A DNA stretch of 64,000 bases. It comes from Sedimentisphaerales bacterium (GTDB lineage Bacteria > Planctomycetota > Phycisphaerae > Sedimentisphaerales > Anaerobacaceae). A model generated the notes under the pieces. That model did no database searches. It saw only the letters and a program-made list of their open reading frames with translations, and had not been told where the DNA came from. Both the position numbers and the translations under genes were made by a program. Below are positions 40,394-50,734 of the stretch, in pieces. Each line of letters begins with the position of its first letter. Positions within the stretch are counted from its first letter, which is position 1. The stretch lies in NCBI GenBank assembly GCA_040772485.1, contig JAXGYC010000007.1, positions 640,001-704,000 of the forward strand, written 5' to 3'.

Positions 40394-41158
40394 TCACGCC
40401 GACGACGACTGCCGATGGAAAAACTGTCGCACCCACGGATCGTCGCTACGATCGCGAAGCTCCTCGGGCGAGCCTCGGGCGATGATCGTCTGCCGTTCCT
40501 TGTCGAGCATGATCACGCGGTCGGCGACGGCGAAGATGCTTGCCAGTTCATGCGTCACGATGACGAATGTGATCCTCAGGGTCTGCGACAGTTCGACGAT
40601 CAGCTCGTCGAGCTGGGCCGCGGTGATCGGGTCCAGTCCGGCCGAAGGCTCGTCCAGGAACAGGATTTTCGGGTCCAGGGCCAGCGCCCGCGCGATGGCC
40701 GCCCTCTTGCGCATGCCGCCGCTGAGTTCGGAGGGCATCCGGTCGCCCGCGTCCTGGAGCCCAACGACCTTCATCTTCATCCGCGCGATCGCCTGCATGG
40801 CCTGTCGCGGCAGGCTCGTGAACTCCTCCAGGACCATGCAGATGTTCTCGATCAGACTCATGGAGCCGAACAGCGCGCCGTTCTGATAGGCCACTCCGAT
40901 CCGGCCGAGCAGCGCCCGGCGTTCCTCGCCTTCCGCCGTAACAATGTCGGTCCCGTCGACGACGATGCTCCCGGCCATCGGCCGATGCAGCCCGATCATG
41001 TGCTTGAGCAGCGTGCTCTTGCCGCAACCCGAGCCGCCCAGGATGCAAAAGACCTCGCCGGCGCGCACCTCGAACGTCACGTCCTTCAGGACGATGTGGT
41101 GATCGTAGCCCACGGTCACGTCGCTGACCTGAATGATCGGAGGTGCGTCGGAACCCAT
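40394..41158 (-). CDS. mlaF: MlaF-like ABC ATPase
   Basis: GGSGCGKS, LSGGMRKRAAIARALALDP, FLDEP, VTH. Confidence 0.9.
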   Translation of the reverse strand: MGSDAPPIIQVSDVTVGYDHHIVLKDVTFEVRAGEVFCILGGSGCGKSTLLKHMIGLHRPMAGSIVVDGTDIVTAEGEERRALLGRIGVAYQNGALFGSMSLIENICMVLEEFTSLPRQAMQAIARMKMKVVGLQDAGDRMPSELSGGMRKRAAIARALALDPKILFLDEPSAGLDPITAAQLDELIVELSQTLRITFVIVTHELASIFAVADRVIMLDKERQTIIARGSPEELRDRSDDPWVRQFFHRQSSSA

Positions 41159-41164
41159 CTTCCG

Positions 41165-42298
41165 TCATATCCCCAGGTAATAGTATATCACGGCGAACAC
41201 CCCATCGACGACCACAATGGCGACAATGCCGCTGACGACGGCGCGCGTCGCCGAATCGCCGACGGCGCTGGGGCTCTTGCCCGTCTGCAAGCCTCGCAGA
41301 CACCCGATGCCGGCGATCAGGCCGCCGAATACAAAGGTCTTGGCCAGGCCGCCGAACAAGTCGCCCAGGCTGGCGGCCTCCTGGATCTGGTCGATATAGG
41401 TCGCCACGGGAAAACCGAACGAGCGCATGACCAGCCCGCAACCGATCAGGCCGAACAGCTCGTTGAACAGCGTCAGCAGCGGCATCACGCAAATCGCGGC
41501 GACCAGACGAGGCAAAGCCAGAAACTGAACGGGGTCCACCCCCATCGTCACCAGCGCATCGACCTCCTCGTTGACCTTCATGGTCCCCAGTTCGGCGGCA
41601 AAGGCCGATCCGCTGCGGCTGGTCAGGATGAACGCGGTGATCAAAGGTCCCAACTCGCGGAACAACACCAGCACGACGAGGTCGGCCACGTAGATCTCGG
41701 CGCCGAACTTGCGCATGCCGATCGCGGATTGAAAGGCCAGAATCAGTCCGATCAGAAAGCCCATTAAGGCGACGATCCCGACCGCGTTAGCGCCGGCCTT
41801 CTCGGCGATCAGGAACGTGTCGGCCCAGCGCAGGCGGCTTGGACGGACCAGGACACCGAGCAGCCGGACGAAGATCTCCCCGAGGAAACTGATCTGGGCG
41901 TGAAAGCCCACGAGGAATCCGTGCGAAATCTCGCCCACGCGATGGACGAAGCGGACCAGCAGCCCCGGACCCGGCTTGGGCGGCGCGGGCGGTCCCGGAT
42001 CGAACAGCTTCATCAGATCGCTCAGGTCGTCCCGCAAGCCCCGGATGCGGAAATCCTGGCGGCGCTGCTCCTGTTGGGCCTTCAATTCGAGCAGCATGGC
42101 CATGCCCGCTGCATCGAGGCTCTCCACACCCTGGGCATCAATTTCGAGGGCGGCCGGATCGGACTGAGCCACCTGCCGCATGACCTGTGGCCAGAGATGC
42201 TGTATACCCGCCGCATTCAGCGTCCCCTTCAGGACGAGGCGCAACCCGCCTTCTGCGAGCGGCTCGTAGTCCAGCGTTGCGGTACCCGAATCTGCCAC
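41165..42298 (-). CDS. mlaE: MlaE permease with N-terminal STAS domain
   Basis: RELGPLITA, RSGSAFAAELGTMKVNEEVDAL, VGDSATRAVV; start uncertain. Confidence 0.9.
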   Translation of the reverse strand: MADSGTATLDYEPLAEGGLRLVLKGTLNAAGIQHLWPQVMRQVAQSDPAALEIDAQGVESLDAAGMAMLLELKAQQEQRRQDFRIRGLRDDLSDLMKLFDPGPPAPPKPGPGLLVRFVHRVGEISHGFLVGFHAQISFLGEIFVRLLGVLVRPSRLRWADTFLIAEKAGANAVGIVALMGFLIGLILAFQSAIGMRKFGAEIYVADLVVLVLFRELGPLITAFILTSRSGSAFAAELGTMKVNEEVDALVTMGVDPVQFLALPRLVAAICVMPLLTLFNELFGLIGCGLVMRSFGFPVATYIDQIQEAASLGDLFGGLAKTFVFGGLIAGIGCLRGLQTGKSPSAVGDSATRAVVSGIVAIVVVDGVFAVIYYYLGI

Positions 42299-42570
42299 GG
42301 CTTTCCTTGCCCAGTACCCGTCTTCCGATCCATGCTCCGACGCGCCAAGCGGGCGCCGCCGCACCTTGCGGCGTCCCGCAGGGTGGATCAGGTCGCCCAT
42401 CTCCTACAGGGTCGCCGCGAAGATGCCCAACTATACCGTCGTCACAGACCCCAGGCAAGTTCCGTGTGAAGCGGTTCGCTCTGTACACTTCGACGAGTAG
42501 CCATCGGCAAGCCGGCGCTTGCCGCTGCCACGCGACAGAATATGGAAACAGATGGAACAAGAAGGGGAAA

Positions 42571-42645
42571 TCGGGGAGACAGGATTTGAACCTGCGACCT
42601 CTGCGTCCCGAACGCAGCGCTCTAGCCAAGCTGAGCTACTCCCCG
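42571..42645 (-). tRNA. tRNA-Pro(CGG)
   Basis: CGGGGAGTAGCTCAGCTTGGCTAGAGCGCTGCGTTCGGGACGCAGAGGTCGCAGGTTCAAATCCTGTCTCCCCGA; CCA not encoded. Confidence 0.97.
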
Positions 42646-42660
42646 GTCGTCGAAACGTGC

Positions 42661-42689
42661 AGTATAGCACGCCCCGCGAAGGACTGCAA
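42661..42689 (-). promoter_or_regulatory. Sigma70 promoter for tRNA-Pro
   Basis: TTGCAG-17-TATACT. Confidence 0.6.
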
Positions 42690-42690
42690 G

Positions 42691-45051
42691 CTATAACAGG
42701 TCGACCGGGTCGATGTCAACAGCAATTTTCACCGCCGGGCGAATCGGGGGCGCCCCCCGCAGGCCGGCGAACAGCTTCCCCATGATCGCGGCGGTCGGCG
42801 CCTGGACCACGATCTGGAGACGGTGGAAGCGCTGAATTCGGCTGATGACCGCGGGCATCGGGCCGCGAACCTTCACCTGCAGGCCGTGGTGGACAACGAC
42901 CTCATCGATCCTCAGACGCATCTTGTTGGCGGCGGTCTCAAGACGATCGTACGTTTCGTCGCGCATCACGATCGTCGCCAGACGCCACAGCGGAGGCAGC
43001 GTGCAGATTTCGCGGTGCTTCATCTCCTCGCGGACGAATCCCTCGAAATCCTGCCGGAGGGCGAACTGGATCGTCGGCTGGTCGGGAAAGTACGTCTGGA
43101 CGAAGACGGTGCCATGCTTTTCCGAGCGTCCGGCCCGCCCGGCCACCTGCGAGATCAGTTGAAACGTCCGCTCGTTGGACCGAAAGTCCGGTAAATACAG
43201 GCAGGTATCGGCGCTGACGACGCCCACCAGCGTGACGTTGGGAAAATGCAGGCCCTTGGCGAGGATCTGGGTGCCCGCGAGAATGTCGATGCGACCCTGG
43301 CCGAATTCCTTCAGCAGCCGGTAGTAGTCCTGGCTGGCCATGGAATCGCTGTCGACCCGGCGGACCCGGGCTTGGGGGAATCTCGTCGCCAGCTCTTCTT
43401 CGAGCCGCTGTGAGCCCAGGCCGATCATGGTCATCGCTTTGCCGCACACGGGGCAGTTGCGGGGCACCAGCGTCTGGGCCAGACAGTGGTGACAGATCGC
43501 GTAGCCGAAGTCCATGTGCCGGCCGGTAACGGTCTTCATGGGCGCCGTCGAACGCTGGGTCTTGTGGAAGGTCAGCGCCGCGTCGCAGTTGCGGCATTGC
43601 AGCGTATGTTTGCAGGATGGACAGAAGACGAAGTTGCTGTAGCCTCGTCGATTCAGCAGCAGGATCGCCTGTTCCTTCCGCGCCAGCGTCTCGGCCAGAT
43701 GCTTTGCCAGAGCCTGACTGAGCAGGTCCTGCCGGTCGGCGACGGCGTCGCGTGCCCGCATATCCACGAGCTTCATCTCGGGCATCGGCAGGTCCATCAC
43801 CCGCTTGGGAAGGCGGACCAGCGTGAAGCTGGATTTGGTTCGGCTGTTGTGAAGGCTCTCCAGCGAAGGCGTGGCGCTGCCGAGGATACAGTGCGCGCCG
43901 GCCAGTTGGGCCCGCTTGATCGCCACGTCGCGCCCATGGTAGCGCGGGAGGGCGTCCTGCTTGTAGCTCGGCTCGTGCTCCTCGTCGACGACAACGATGC
44001 CGAGATTGGGCAGCGGCGCAAAGACCGCCGAGCGGGCGCCGATCACGACGTCGGTCTCGCCGCCTCGGACCTTCTGCCATTGGACGTTGCGCTGGCCGGC
44101 GGTCAGACCCGAGTGCATTACCGCGATCCGCGCAAACCGCGCGCTGAACCGCTGCACGGTCTGCGCGGTCAGAGCGATCTCGGGCAGCAGCACAATGGCC
44201 GCCTTGCCCTTTTTGAGGACCATTTCGATCGCGCGGATATACAGCTCCGTCTTGCCGCTGTCGGTGACACCGTGCAGGAGTGTGACGCCGAATCGGCCGG
44301 AGGCAATCTGCTGTGCGATCTGTGCGAGCCCCTGCTGCTGGTCGGCGTTCAGAATGACTTCGTGCTCGGGATTCGCCATCGACTCGGGCACCGCCGGCAG
44401 CGCGCTGAGGACCTTCTTCACTGCGACCTTGACGACGCCCTTCTCGGCCAGTCGTTTGACCGTCGACGACTGGCAATCGACCGCTGCGACCAGCTCGTCC
44501 AGCTCGACCGCGGAGTCAACCGTCAGTGCTTCACGCTCGCTCAGGAAACTGACGATCTGCTTCTGCTTAGCGCTGCGAAGTTCGGCGGCGATCTCCTGAG
44601 CCCGCGCGACCAGATACACGCATCGCTGCTTCTTGACACCGGCCGCCCGTTTGACCGCACCGGGCACCATCGCCGCGAGCACCTGGCCCAGCGGACAGAC
44701 GTAATAGTCGCCGATCCACCGCGCCAGCTCCATCAGATCGGGGCCGAGCAGAGGCTCCTCATCGAGAACGCGGGCGACCCGCTTGAGACGGACCTGCCGG
44801 CTCCCGCCGTCGAAGGCCCTCTCGGGCGCAACGTCCGACTCGACGCAGAAGCCCACCTCGGGCTTGTTGCCCCTGCCGAACGGGACCTCGACGCGACGCC
44901 CGACTTCGATGGGCCAGAGCGCATCGGGCGCGAGGTAGTCGAACTCCGTGTCCGCCGCCGACGCCAGGGCCACCCGGATGATGTGGGTCCCCGCCGGCTC
45001 GGGCGGTTCCTGGGAGGCGAACAGGTTCAACGTCGCGCCGCTCTTACTCAC
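42691..45051 (-). CDS. priA: Primosomal protein N'
   Basis: GVTDSGKT, VVDEEH, GSATPSLES, LLNRRGY, Cys-rich region, QVAGRAGR, DIDP. Confidence 0.96.
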   Translation of the reverse strand: MSKSGATLNLFASQEPPEPAGTHIIRVALASAADTEFDYLAPDALWPIEVGRRVEVPFGRGNKPEVGFCVESDVAPERAFDGGSRQVRLKRVARVLDEEPLLGPDLMELARWIGDYYVCPLGQVLAAMVPGAVKRAAGVKKQRCVYLVARAQEIAAELRSAKQKQIVSFLSEREALTVDSAVELDELVAAVDCQSSTVKRLAEKGVVKVAVKKVLSALPAVPESMANPEHEVILNADQQQGLAQIAQQIASGRFGVTLLHGVTDSGKTELYIRAIEMVLKKGKAAIVLLPEIALTAQTVQRFSARFARIAVMHSGLTAGQRNVQWQKVRGGETDVVIGARSAVFAPLPNLGIVVVDEEHEPSYKQDALPRYHGRDVAIKRAQLAGAHCILGSATPSLESLHNSRTKSSFTLVRLPKRVMDLPMPEMKLVDMRARDAVADRQDLLSQALAKHLAETLARKEQAILLLNRRGYSNFVFCPSCKHTLQCRNCDAALTFHKTQRSTAPMKTVTGRHMDFGYAICHHCLAQTLVPRNCPVCGKAMTMIGLGSQRLEEELATRFPQARVRRVDSDSMASQDYYRLLKEFGQGRIDILAGTQILAKGLHFPNVTLVGVVSADTCLYLPDFRSNERTFQLISQVAGRAGRSEKHGTVFVQTYFPDQPTIQFALRQDFEGFVREEMKHREICTLPPLWRLATIVMRDETYDRLETAANKMRLRIDEVVVHHGLQVKVRGPMPAVISRIQRFHRLQIVVQAPTAAIMGKLFAGLRGAPPIRPAVKIAVDIDPVDLL

Positions 45052-46039
45052 CGTTTGTCGCCTCCTTCTCTCCCGGAGGTGGTGCCAGCGTTTCGATCGC
45101 CACGTCGGCAATCACCATTGCATGGTCCGAATGTCGCGTTCGGCGCAGCTCGGTTCGCACGGGAACAATACCTTCGGACACCCAGACATGGTCCAGCGCG
45201 AGCACCGGAAAGAATGCAGGCCACGTCGTGATCAGACCAGTCCCGGACCGCTCAAAGGTGTGTCGGAAGGACCGCCGAAGCTCCTCGAACCGGATCGACG
45301 TGTGGGGCGTGTTGAAGTCGCCCAGTACGACCACAGGGTGTCGTTGGGCGCCGACGATCGCGTCAATTTGCTGAAACGCGATTCTGCGGCGATGACAGTA
45401 CGCGCTCTCCACATCCACAGCGACAACCGACACAGTTCCGCCCGGCAGGACCAAATCGCATTCGGCAATCCTCGTCGCCGTACCCACGGTCGTGCAGCGC
45501 ACATTGGCAATCGGGTATTTCGACAACAGCGCAATCTGGCCAGCGGACAGACTGACATGGTGCTCGGGAAAATGCGCCTCCCAAAAGCGCCGCCGGGCCG
45601 CCGCGTGATCGCCCGTTTCTACGAGGAACAGGACCTGCGCGTCGGCTTCCTGCAAAACCCGAACGAACGATTCGTCGGTCAGTGAGGGACGAGCCAGATT
45701 CCACAGCACCACGCGCAGCGAATCACCCACCGGCACAGCGGAACGGGCCCACACGAAATCCGTCTGAACCCAGGCCGCCAGAGCGAGCACCACGAGGATC
45801 CCCGACGCCGCCGCGCGACACCGTTTGTGAGGTCGGCGAAAACTCAGTCCCAACGACACGGTGAACAGCACCACTGCCACCAACGGAGGCAGCGCATAAA
45901 AGACCGCCGCCAGTGCCGCCACATGGTCCCGCACGATATAGCGCATCGACAATCCCAGGACGCCGGCCGCTAAACAGGTCCACGCCAGCACATCCAGAAC
46001 GCGATGGACCCGTTTTTTTGTCGTCGAAGGCTCCTTCAC
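45044..46039 (-). CDS. Membrane-anchored endonuclease/exonuclease/phosphatase family protein
   Basis: Three N-terminal TMs, LGDFNTP, LDHVW, SDH; GTGA overlap with upstream gene. Confidence 0.85.
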   Translation of the reverse strand: MKEPSTTKKRVHRVLDVLAWTCLAAGVLGLSMRYIVRDHVAALAAVFYALPPLVAVVLFTVSLGLSFRRPHKRCRAAASGILVVLALAAWVQTDFVWARSAVPVGDSLRVVLWNLARPSLTDESFVRVLQEADAQVLFLVETGDHAAARRRFWEAHFPEHHVSLSAGQIALLSKYPIANVRCTTVGTATRIAECDLVLPGGTVSVVAVDVESAYCHRRRIAFQQIDAIVGAQRHPVVVLGDFNTPHTSIRFEELRRSFRHTFERSGTGLITTWPAFFPVLALDHVWVSEGIVPVRTELRRTRHSDHAMVIADVAIETLAPPPGEKEATNGE

Positions 46040-46458
46040 GACTGGTATACCCCCTCGCTGCGCCGGCGTTGCGATTTCTCGCTGATGACGCTGGCGTCGA
46101 GCACATCGAGGCCGATCCGCGCGATCAGCGTCCGGAGGTAGGGCAGGTGCGGGCACGGTGGCGCGTGGAAGTTGTCATTGGTGATACAGGAGGACAGTTG
46201 CACGACGATCTGCTCTTTGGTCAGGCCTTCCTTCTTGCCGATCGTCCGGAGCAGCAGCGTGAGTTTTCGATGCAGGGCGCGTCCGCAGCAGCCGCCGCAG
46301 GTCATCGAGAGCATCCGGTACTCCTGGTCTTTGGGATACGGCGCGAAGCCGTCGGTCCGCTCGTGGAAGGCTTTCTCGCAAAGGTAACCAGGACAGCGTT
46401 CCTTGACGATGTGACACTGCACCAGGACGATGTATCGCTTCGCCGCCAAGTCGATCAT
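46036..46458 (-). CDS. CGGC domain protein
   Basis: RCPGYLC, TCGGCCG, SSC..PPCPH. Confidence 0.85.
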   Translation of the reverse strand: MIDLAAKRYIVLVQCHIVKERCPGYLCEKAFHERTDGFAPYPKDQEYRMLSMTCGGCCGRALHRKLTLLLRTIGKKEGLTKEQIVVQLSSCITNDNFHAPPCPHLPYLRTLIARIGLDVLDASVISEKSQRRRSEGVYQS

Positions 46459-46467
46459 ATCAGCTTC

Positions 46468-47688
46468 TCACAATTGGAATCGCTCCGTGGCAAGGCCACA
46501 GATGTGGTCGCCGATGGCCAGACAGGCGGTAGCGGCCGGCGACGGCGCATTCAATACGTGAATCGCGTTCTTCGTTGCCTCGATCTTGAAGTCGTCCACC
46601 AGCTCGCCTCGGGGACCCAGGGCCTGGGCGCGGATGCCGGCGTTGCCGGGCTGAAGGTTTTCGGCCGTCAGCGAGGGCACCAGCCGTTGGAGCTGCTTGA
46701 CCAGCCGCTTCTTCGAGAACGTGCGGACACACTCGCCCAGCCCATAGCGCCAATGGCGAAGGAACAGCCGCCAGGTGCCCCGGTACGACAGGGCGTCCCA
46801 CGTGTCGCTCAGGCTGAAATCCGTCTTGCCGTAGCCTTCCCTCTTGAAGGAGAAGACCGCGCTGGGACCGCACTCCACGCCGCCGGAAAGCATGCGCGTG
46901 AAGTGCACACCCAGGAACGGGAAGGCCGGATCGGGCACGGGATAGACGAGATTCCTCACCTTCGTCGCGGCTTCCGGGCTCAAATCGCTGTAGTCCCCAC
47001 GAAATGGGACGATCCTGACACCCGGATCGACGCGGTCCATCCAGGCGATCCGGTCGGACTGCAGACCGGCGCAGTTGACGACGTATCGCGTGCTGACCTG
47101 CCCGCGAGAGGTCCTGATGTTCAGGTAGAAATCGTGCCTGTCGAAGGACTCGACCCGGTGCTCGTTGAGGACCTTGTTCTCCGGCCGGTGCTCACAGAGC
47201 AGTTCGGCCAACTGCTCGGCCACCGCGACGAAGTCGATGATCCCAGCGCTGGGGACGTGAAGGCCCGCGATGCCGGCGACCGAGGGCTCGATCTGCTTGA
47301 TCCGCTCGGGGCCGATTTTCTGGAGCCCTTCGACACCGTTGGCCAGGCCGTTCTGGAGGATTCGTTCCATCGCGGGCAACTCGCGCGGATCGGTGGCGAC
47401 GATGATCTTGCCGCAGATGTCATGCGGGATCTTGTGTTGCCGGGCGAAGGCGATCAGCTCCTTGCGTCCGGCGGCGCAGGTCCTGGCCTTGGCGGAGCCG
47501 GGCTTGTAGTAGAGGCCCGAGTGAATCACGCCGGAGTTGCGCCCGCTCTGGTGGCTCGCCAGCCGGTCCTCCTTCTCCAGCACCGCCACACGGACCTGCG
47601 GATGCCTCTGCGCGATCTTGTACGCCGAGGCCAGTCCGACGATACCGCCTCCGATGATGACAATGTCGAAATCCGTTTCCGGTCGCAT
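46468..47688 (-). CDS. lhgO: L-2-hydroxyglutarate oxidase
   Basis: GGGIVG, HQSGRNSGVIHSGLYY, YPVPDPAFPFLGVH, NAPSPAATA. Confidence 0.92.
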   Translation of the reverse strand: MRPETDFDIVIIGGGIVGLASAYKIAQRHPQVRVAVLEKEDRLASHQSGRNSGVIHSGLYYKPGSAKARTCAAGRKELIAFARQHKIPHDICGKIIVATDPRELPAMERILQNGLANGVEGLQKIGPERIKQIEPSVAGIAGLHVPSAGIIDFVAVAEQLAELLCEHRPENKVLNEHRVESFDRHDFYLNIRTSRGQVSTRYVVNCAGLQSDRIAWMDRVDPGVRIVPFRGDYSDLSPEAATKVRNLVYPVPDPAFPFLGVHFTRMLSGGVECGPSAVFSFKREGYGKTDFSLSDTWDALSYRGTWRLFLRHWRYGLGECVRTFSKKRLVKQLQRLVPSLTAENLQPGNAGIRAQALGPRGELVDDFKIEATKNAIHVLNAPSPAATACLAIGDHICGLATERFQL

Positions 47689-47905
47689 GCCTGCCCGTTC
47701 ATGGTCTGCCAATCACAACGCCACCCACACCATACCCGGACCGCCCCCACCCGTCAACGCGCAACGTTCGTATGGGACCATGGCAATGCAGCATCAGCTC
47801 ACATACGTCAAGAGAGGTGGAAGGCCCTCATCTCCCCAATTCTGGCCAGACGATGAAGAACCAGACATGTGATCCGGCCAAGGTCTTGGAGATTCTTCAG
47901 TAAGT

Positions 47906-49210
47906 TCACCCCTCGCCGCCAAGGACCAGCTTGTGCCAGTCGGGAAAGACGCCCCTGCGCAGGATGCATCTCGCTACCTCGGCACAGAGATCCTGTCCTC
48001 GCTCAAAAAGTCGTGGTAGGGACTCCTCCCTAGTCGGGGCTTCGCATTTCCCGCTGTGTACTGCCTGGCAACGACAATCATATATGCTGTTGAGCGTTCG
48101 CTCGATCTTGATCCTCTCCTTCGCGCTCTTGGCGAGTAACCAGGCGCCGCGAAGCCTGAATGGAAATGCTATCTGGTCATGTTTAGATCGATCGTGTAGC
48201 AGAAGAATCTCCATCGCAATTCCCAGATCGATAGCCTTATCAATGGCGTTGAACCGTCTCTTGGAGCGATTTAGCCGATCCAGGGATGTTAGCAAGGTCT
48301 CCTGATCCCTATGCTCAAGGCGCAGAAACTGCTTCGAGAGCATAGAGGCATCCGAGCAGTCGTCATCTGTCATTTTGTGCAATGGCAGAGACTCTGTGGC
48401 CACCAGCGTGCCGCCTACCCCACAGGACAGAAGGTCACGACATGGCACCCACTCCTCGATGTCTACCCAAGAGCAGAACGCCATCGGAGTACTACGGCCT
48501 ACGAGAGTGAGGACGGAACAGACCTGGCGCAACATACTCATTTCATCGGGGGACACTCGATCGTCGGTGGCGTCGCAGGTCTTCGGGCTTATGCGTATCT
48601 GCTTGACCAACGCCGCTTTCGGACGCAAAGATTCGCCTCGCTGAGGTGCCATGAAGGGAGCCTGCTCCGAAGCCGCCGCAATAGAGTCCGCCATGTCTTT
48701 GGACAGGCTCTGCGGAACAGCGTCATATGGAATGAGGCGAATATCATCGGTGATATCGGTCTCCTGCGTTGTCTCAATTCCGCGCACAGCAAGCACGGCA
48801 TACGCAGGAGTATGATCGAGATCGAGAAACCGCTGCAGTTCAGCAGCAGTCTGGTTCGGCCCAACCTTAGACGCCCGATGAAGAAGGTGCATTGCGAGAA
48901 CCTCACGGGAGATTCGTACTGCACCCCAGAAACCAAAACTAAACATCGTCCGATCGAAGCAAGTCAAATCACCAGTGCCAGAGAGAAACTGCGTAAGCTG
49001 GCGCTGTATACTCTCATCTCTACATGCAGGTCTGCTACCCAAGTGAGAAGGGGTTGGCTCGGTCGTTATGCCAGCTTCCAACGCGCGTTGAAGAACATCT
49101 GTTAGCACATCCTTGTCCACGTGGAATACCTCATGCCAAGACCAAGAATTCACCGGACGTCGCATCCGGTTCGATGGCAAGATCACAGAAGAGCCATAAA
49201 ACAGGCTCAT
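47906..49210 (-). CDS. HEPN-domain (ApeA-like) protein
   Basis: IDLGIAMEILL and YDCRCQAVHSG (R-X4-H); lower GC; alternative GTG start at 49120. Confidence 0.7.
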   Translation of the reverse strand: MSLFYGSSVILPSNRMRRPVNSWSWHEVFHVDKDVLTDVLQRALEAGITTEPTPSHLGSRPACRDESIQRQLTQFLSGTGDLTCFDRTMFSFGFWGAVRISREVLAMHLLHRASKVGPNQTAAELQRFLDLDHTPAYAVLAVRGIETTQETDITDDIRLIPYDAVPQSLSKDMADSIAAASEQAPFMAPQRGESLRPKAALVKQIRISPKTCDATDDRVSPDEMSMLRQVCSVLTLVGRSTPMAFCSWVDIEEWVPCRDLLSCGVGGTLVATESLPLHKMTDDDCSDASMLSKQFLRLEHRDQETLLTSLDRLNRSKRRFNAIDKAIDLGIAMEILLLHDRSKHDQIAFPFRLRGAWLLAKSAKERIKIERTLNSIYDCRCQAVHSGKCEAPTREESLPRLFERGQDLCAEVARCILRRGVFPDWHKLVLGGEG

Positions 49211-49464
49211 CTCTTGACTAGCAAGTTGTACTCGGCATGGGTGCCGATCCAGAACCAGACGAGGTCCTCGTCCTGCTCAACGGCCAGGGCGCGATGATGG
49301 AGCCCCACTCGGGCGGACCAGAAACGGCCAACCTTCTTGAGGTGAGCCGAAGGATGCCTGGGGTCCTGCTTCATCAGCGTGAAGACGGCGCACGCCGTTT
49401 GCTGAACGTTGGCAGGCAGCTTGTCCAGACACCGCCGGAAATTGGGAGTCGCCCGGTGTCTCAC
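49207..49464 (-). CDS. RelE/ParE-like toxin
   Basis: 85 aa basic protein, DPRHPS, WSARVG..HRAL, WFWIGTHAEY; overlaps the antitoxin stop. Confidence 0.8.
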   Translation of the reverse strand: MRHRATPNFRRCLDKLPANVQQTACAVFTLMKQDPRHPSAHLKKVGRFWSARVGLHHRALAVEQDEDLVWFWIGTHAEYNLLVKR

Positions 49465-49661
49465 AGGTCGGTGCACCGGCCCTCGCGGAGATCGCCGAGG
49501 GCTTCGTCGGCCAGGTGGTCCAGCCGTCCCGCGGCCACGTCGGCTTCCATCTCGCGATCCCACGCTTCGGCATCGAATTGGGCAAACCAAGCCCGCAACG
49601 CCTCCAGTTCAGACGGCTTCAGAGACCGGATCGCTTCTACGATTTCCCGTACAGAACTCAT
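49461..49661 (-). CDS. Putative antitoxin
   Basis: Small acidic protein (WDREMEAD..GRLDHLADEAL) directly upstream of the toxin. Confidence 0.75.
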   Translation of the reverse strand: MSSVREIVEAIRSLKPSELEALRAWFAQFDAEAWDREMEADVAAGRLDHLADEALGDLREGRCTDL

Positions 49662-49667
49662 ACTCAC

Positions 49668-49696
49668 ATTATACTCCTCGCGGCGGCCATCCGCAA
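49668..49696 (-). promoter_or_regulatory. Sigma70 promoter of the TA unit
   Basis: TTGCGG-17-TATAAT. Confidence 0.55.
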
Positions 49697-49706
49697 GACG
49701 CACGTG

Positions 49707-50378
49707 CTACATGGCGGGGACGTCTTCGACGTAGAGGTGGCCGGTCGGGCCGATCTTGAAAACGTAGATCAGGCCTTCGCGGAGCTGGGAGTAGATGACG
49801 TTGCCGTAGATGGCCTTGATGCCGTATTGAGCCAGGGCCTCGGGGTCGTGGGCGAGATCCCAGATGTGGGACCAGAACAGGTCGCGCTGGTCGGCGGGAA
49901 GGAGCTTGAGCAGGTCGGCGTAGCGTTTGGGCTCGCTGCCCATCGTCTCGATGGGCAACCCCTCTTCCGGGGCCATCTTCTCGCCGTAGACGCGACGCCA
50001 GATGTACAAGGCGCGGGCCTTGCCGTCCATGACCATCTGGTCCGTGAACTTGACGATCAGAGCGTCGAAGTGGATCACATCGCCTTCGATCGTGTACTCT
50101 TTCTGGAGGATCGTCCGGGTTTTGTCCTCGCGGCTGGTCTCGACGAACCGCAGGGTCGTCAGGAGGCGCCCATCGGTCTCCGTGCGCTGGGAGATCACCT
50201 TAGCATAGCCGATCTGATCCTCGGCGGTCAGGTTGGTGATAGCTCCCTTGAGCTGCTGGTTCTCGGTGAGCAGATCGTGGATCGTCATCGCGCCCCGGAA
50301 GAACCCGCGGCCGAAGAACGCGGCCGCCCCCAGGGCTACCAGGACCACGCCGCCGGATAGTACGCTCAGTTTTCTCAA
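49707..50378 (-). CDS. Hypothetical membrane-anchored protein
   Basis: 223 aa, N-terminal TM, GAGG RBS. Confidence 0.7.
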   Translation of the reverse strand: MRKLSVLSGGVVLVALGAAAFFGRGFFRGAMTIHDLLTENQQLKGAITNLTAEDQIGYAKVISQRTETDGRLLTTLRFVETSREDKTRTILQKEYTIEGDVIHFDALIVKFTDQMVMDGKARALYIWRRVYGEKMAPEEGLPIETMGSEPKRYADLLKLLPADQRDLFWSHIWDLAHDPEALAQYGIKAIYGNVIYSQLREGLIYVFKIGPTGHLYVEDVPAM

Positions 50379-50618
50379 TGTAATGCACCTCGAATTACCT
50401 GCTATAAGCAGGATATACGAACGGCTTCAGTTGACTGTTTCATCGGCTTGTGGTGGGCAATCTCTCCATTTTTCAGGCCCGATAAGCCACATCGCAGCCG
50501 AGAACACGTTTGAAGCTACCATACGCCCGTCCCCGTGGCAACTGCAAGCTGCGGTCGTTCTGATGCATCCTATCGCGATATCCGGCCGCATCGCTATGGA
50601 TGCAAGGCGGGCCGGCGT

Positions 50619-50648
50619 TTGACAGCCGCCGGAGAATACGGATATAAT
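50619..50648 (+). promoter_or_regulatory. Sigma70 promoter
   Basis: TTGACA-18-TATAAT. Confidence 0.6.
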
Positions 50649-50734
50649 GAAGGTTTTGCAGGCCTGTTGACGATCACCAGGCACGACTTGAGGCACAACC
50701 TGAATCCCCGGAAAGTGCCCTTGCCGCGACGATT

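Noticed and set aside
42400..42645. tRNA-Pro as an island integration site
   Set aside because: No integrase and no duplicated tRNA 3' end seen; flanked by housekeeping genes.
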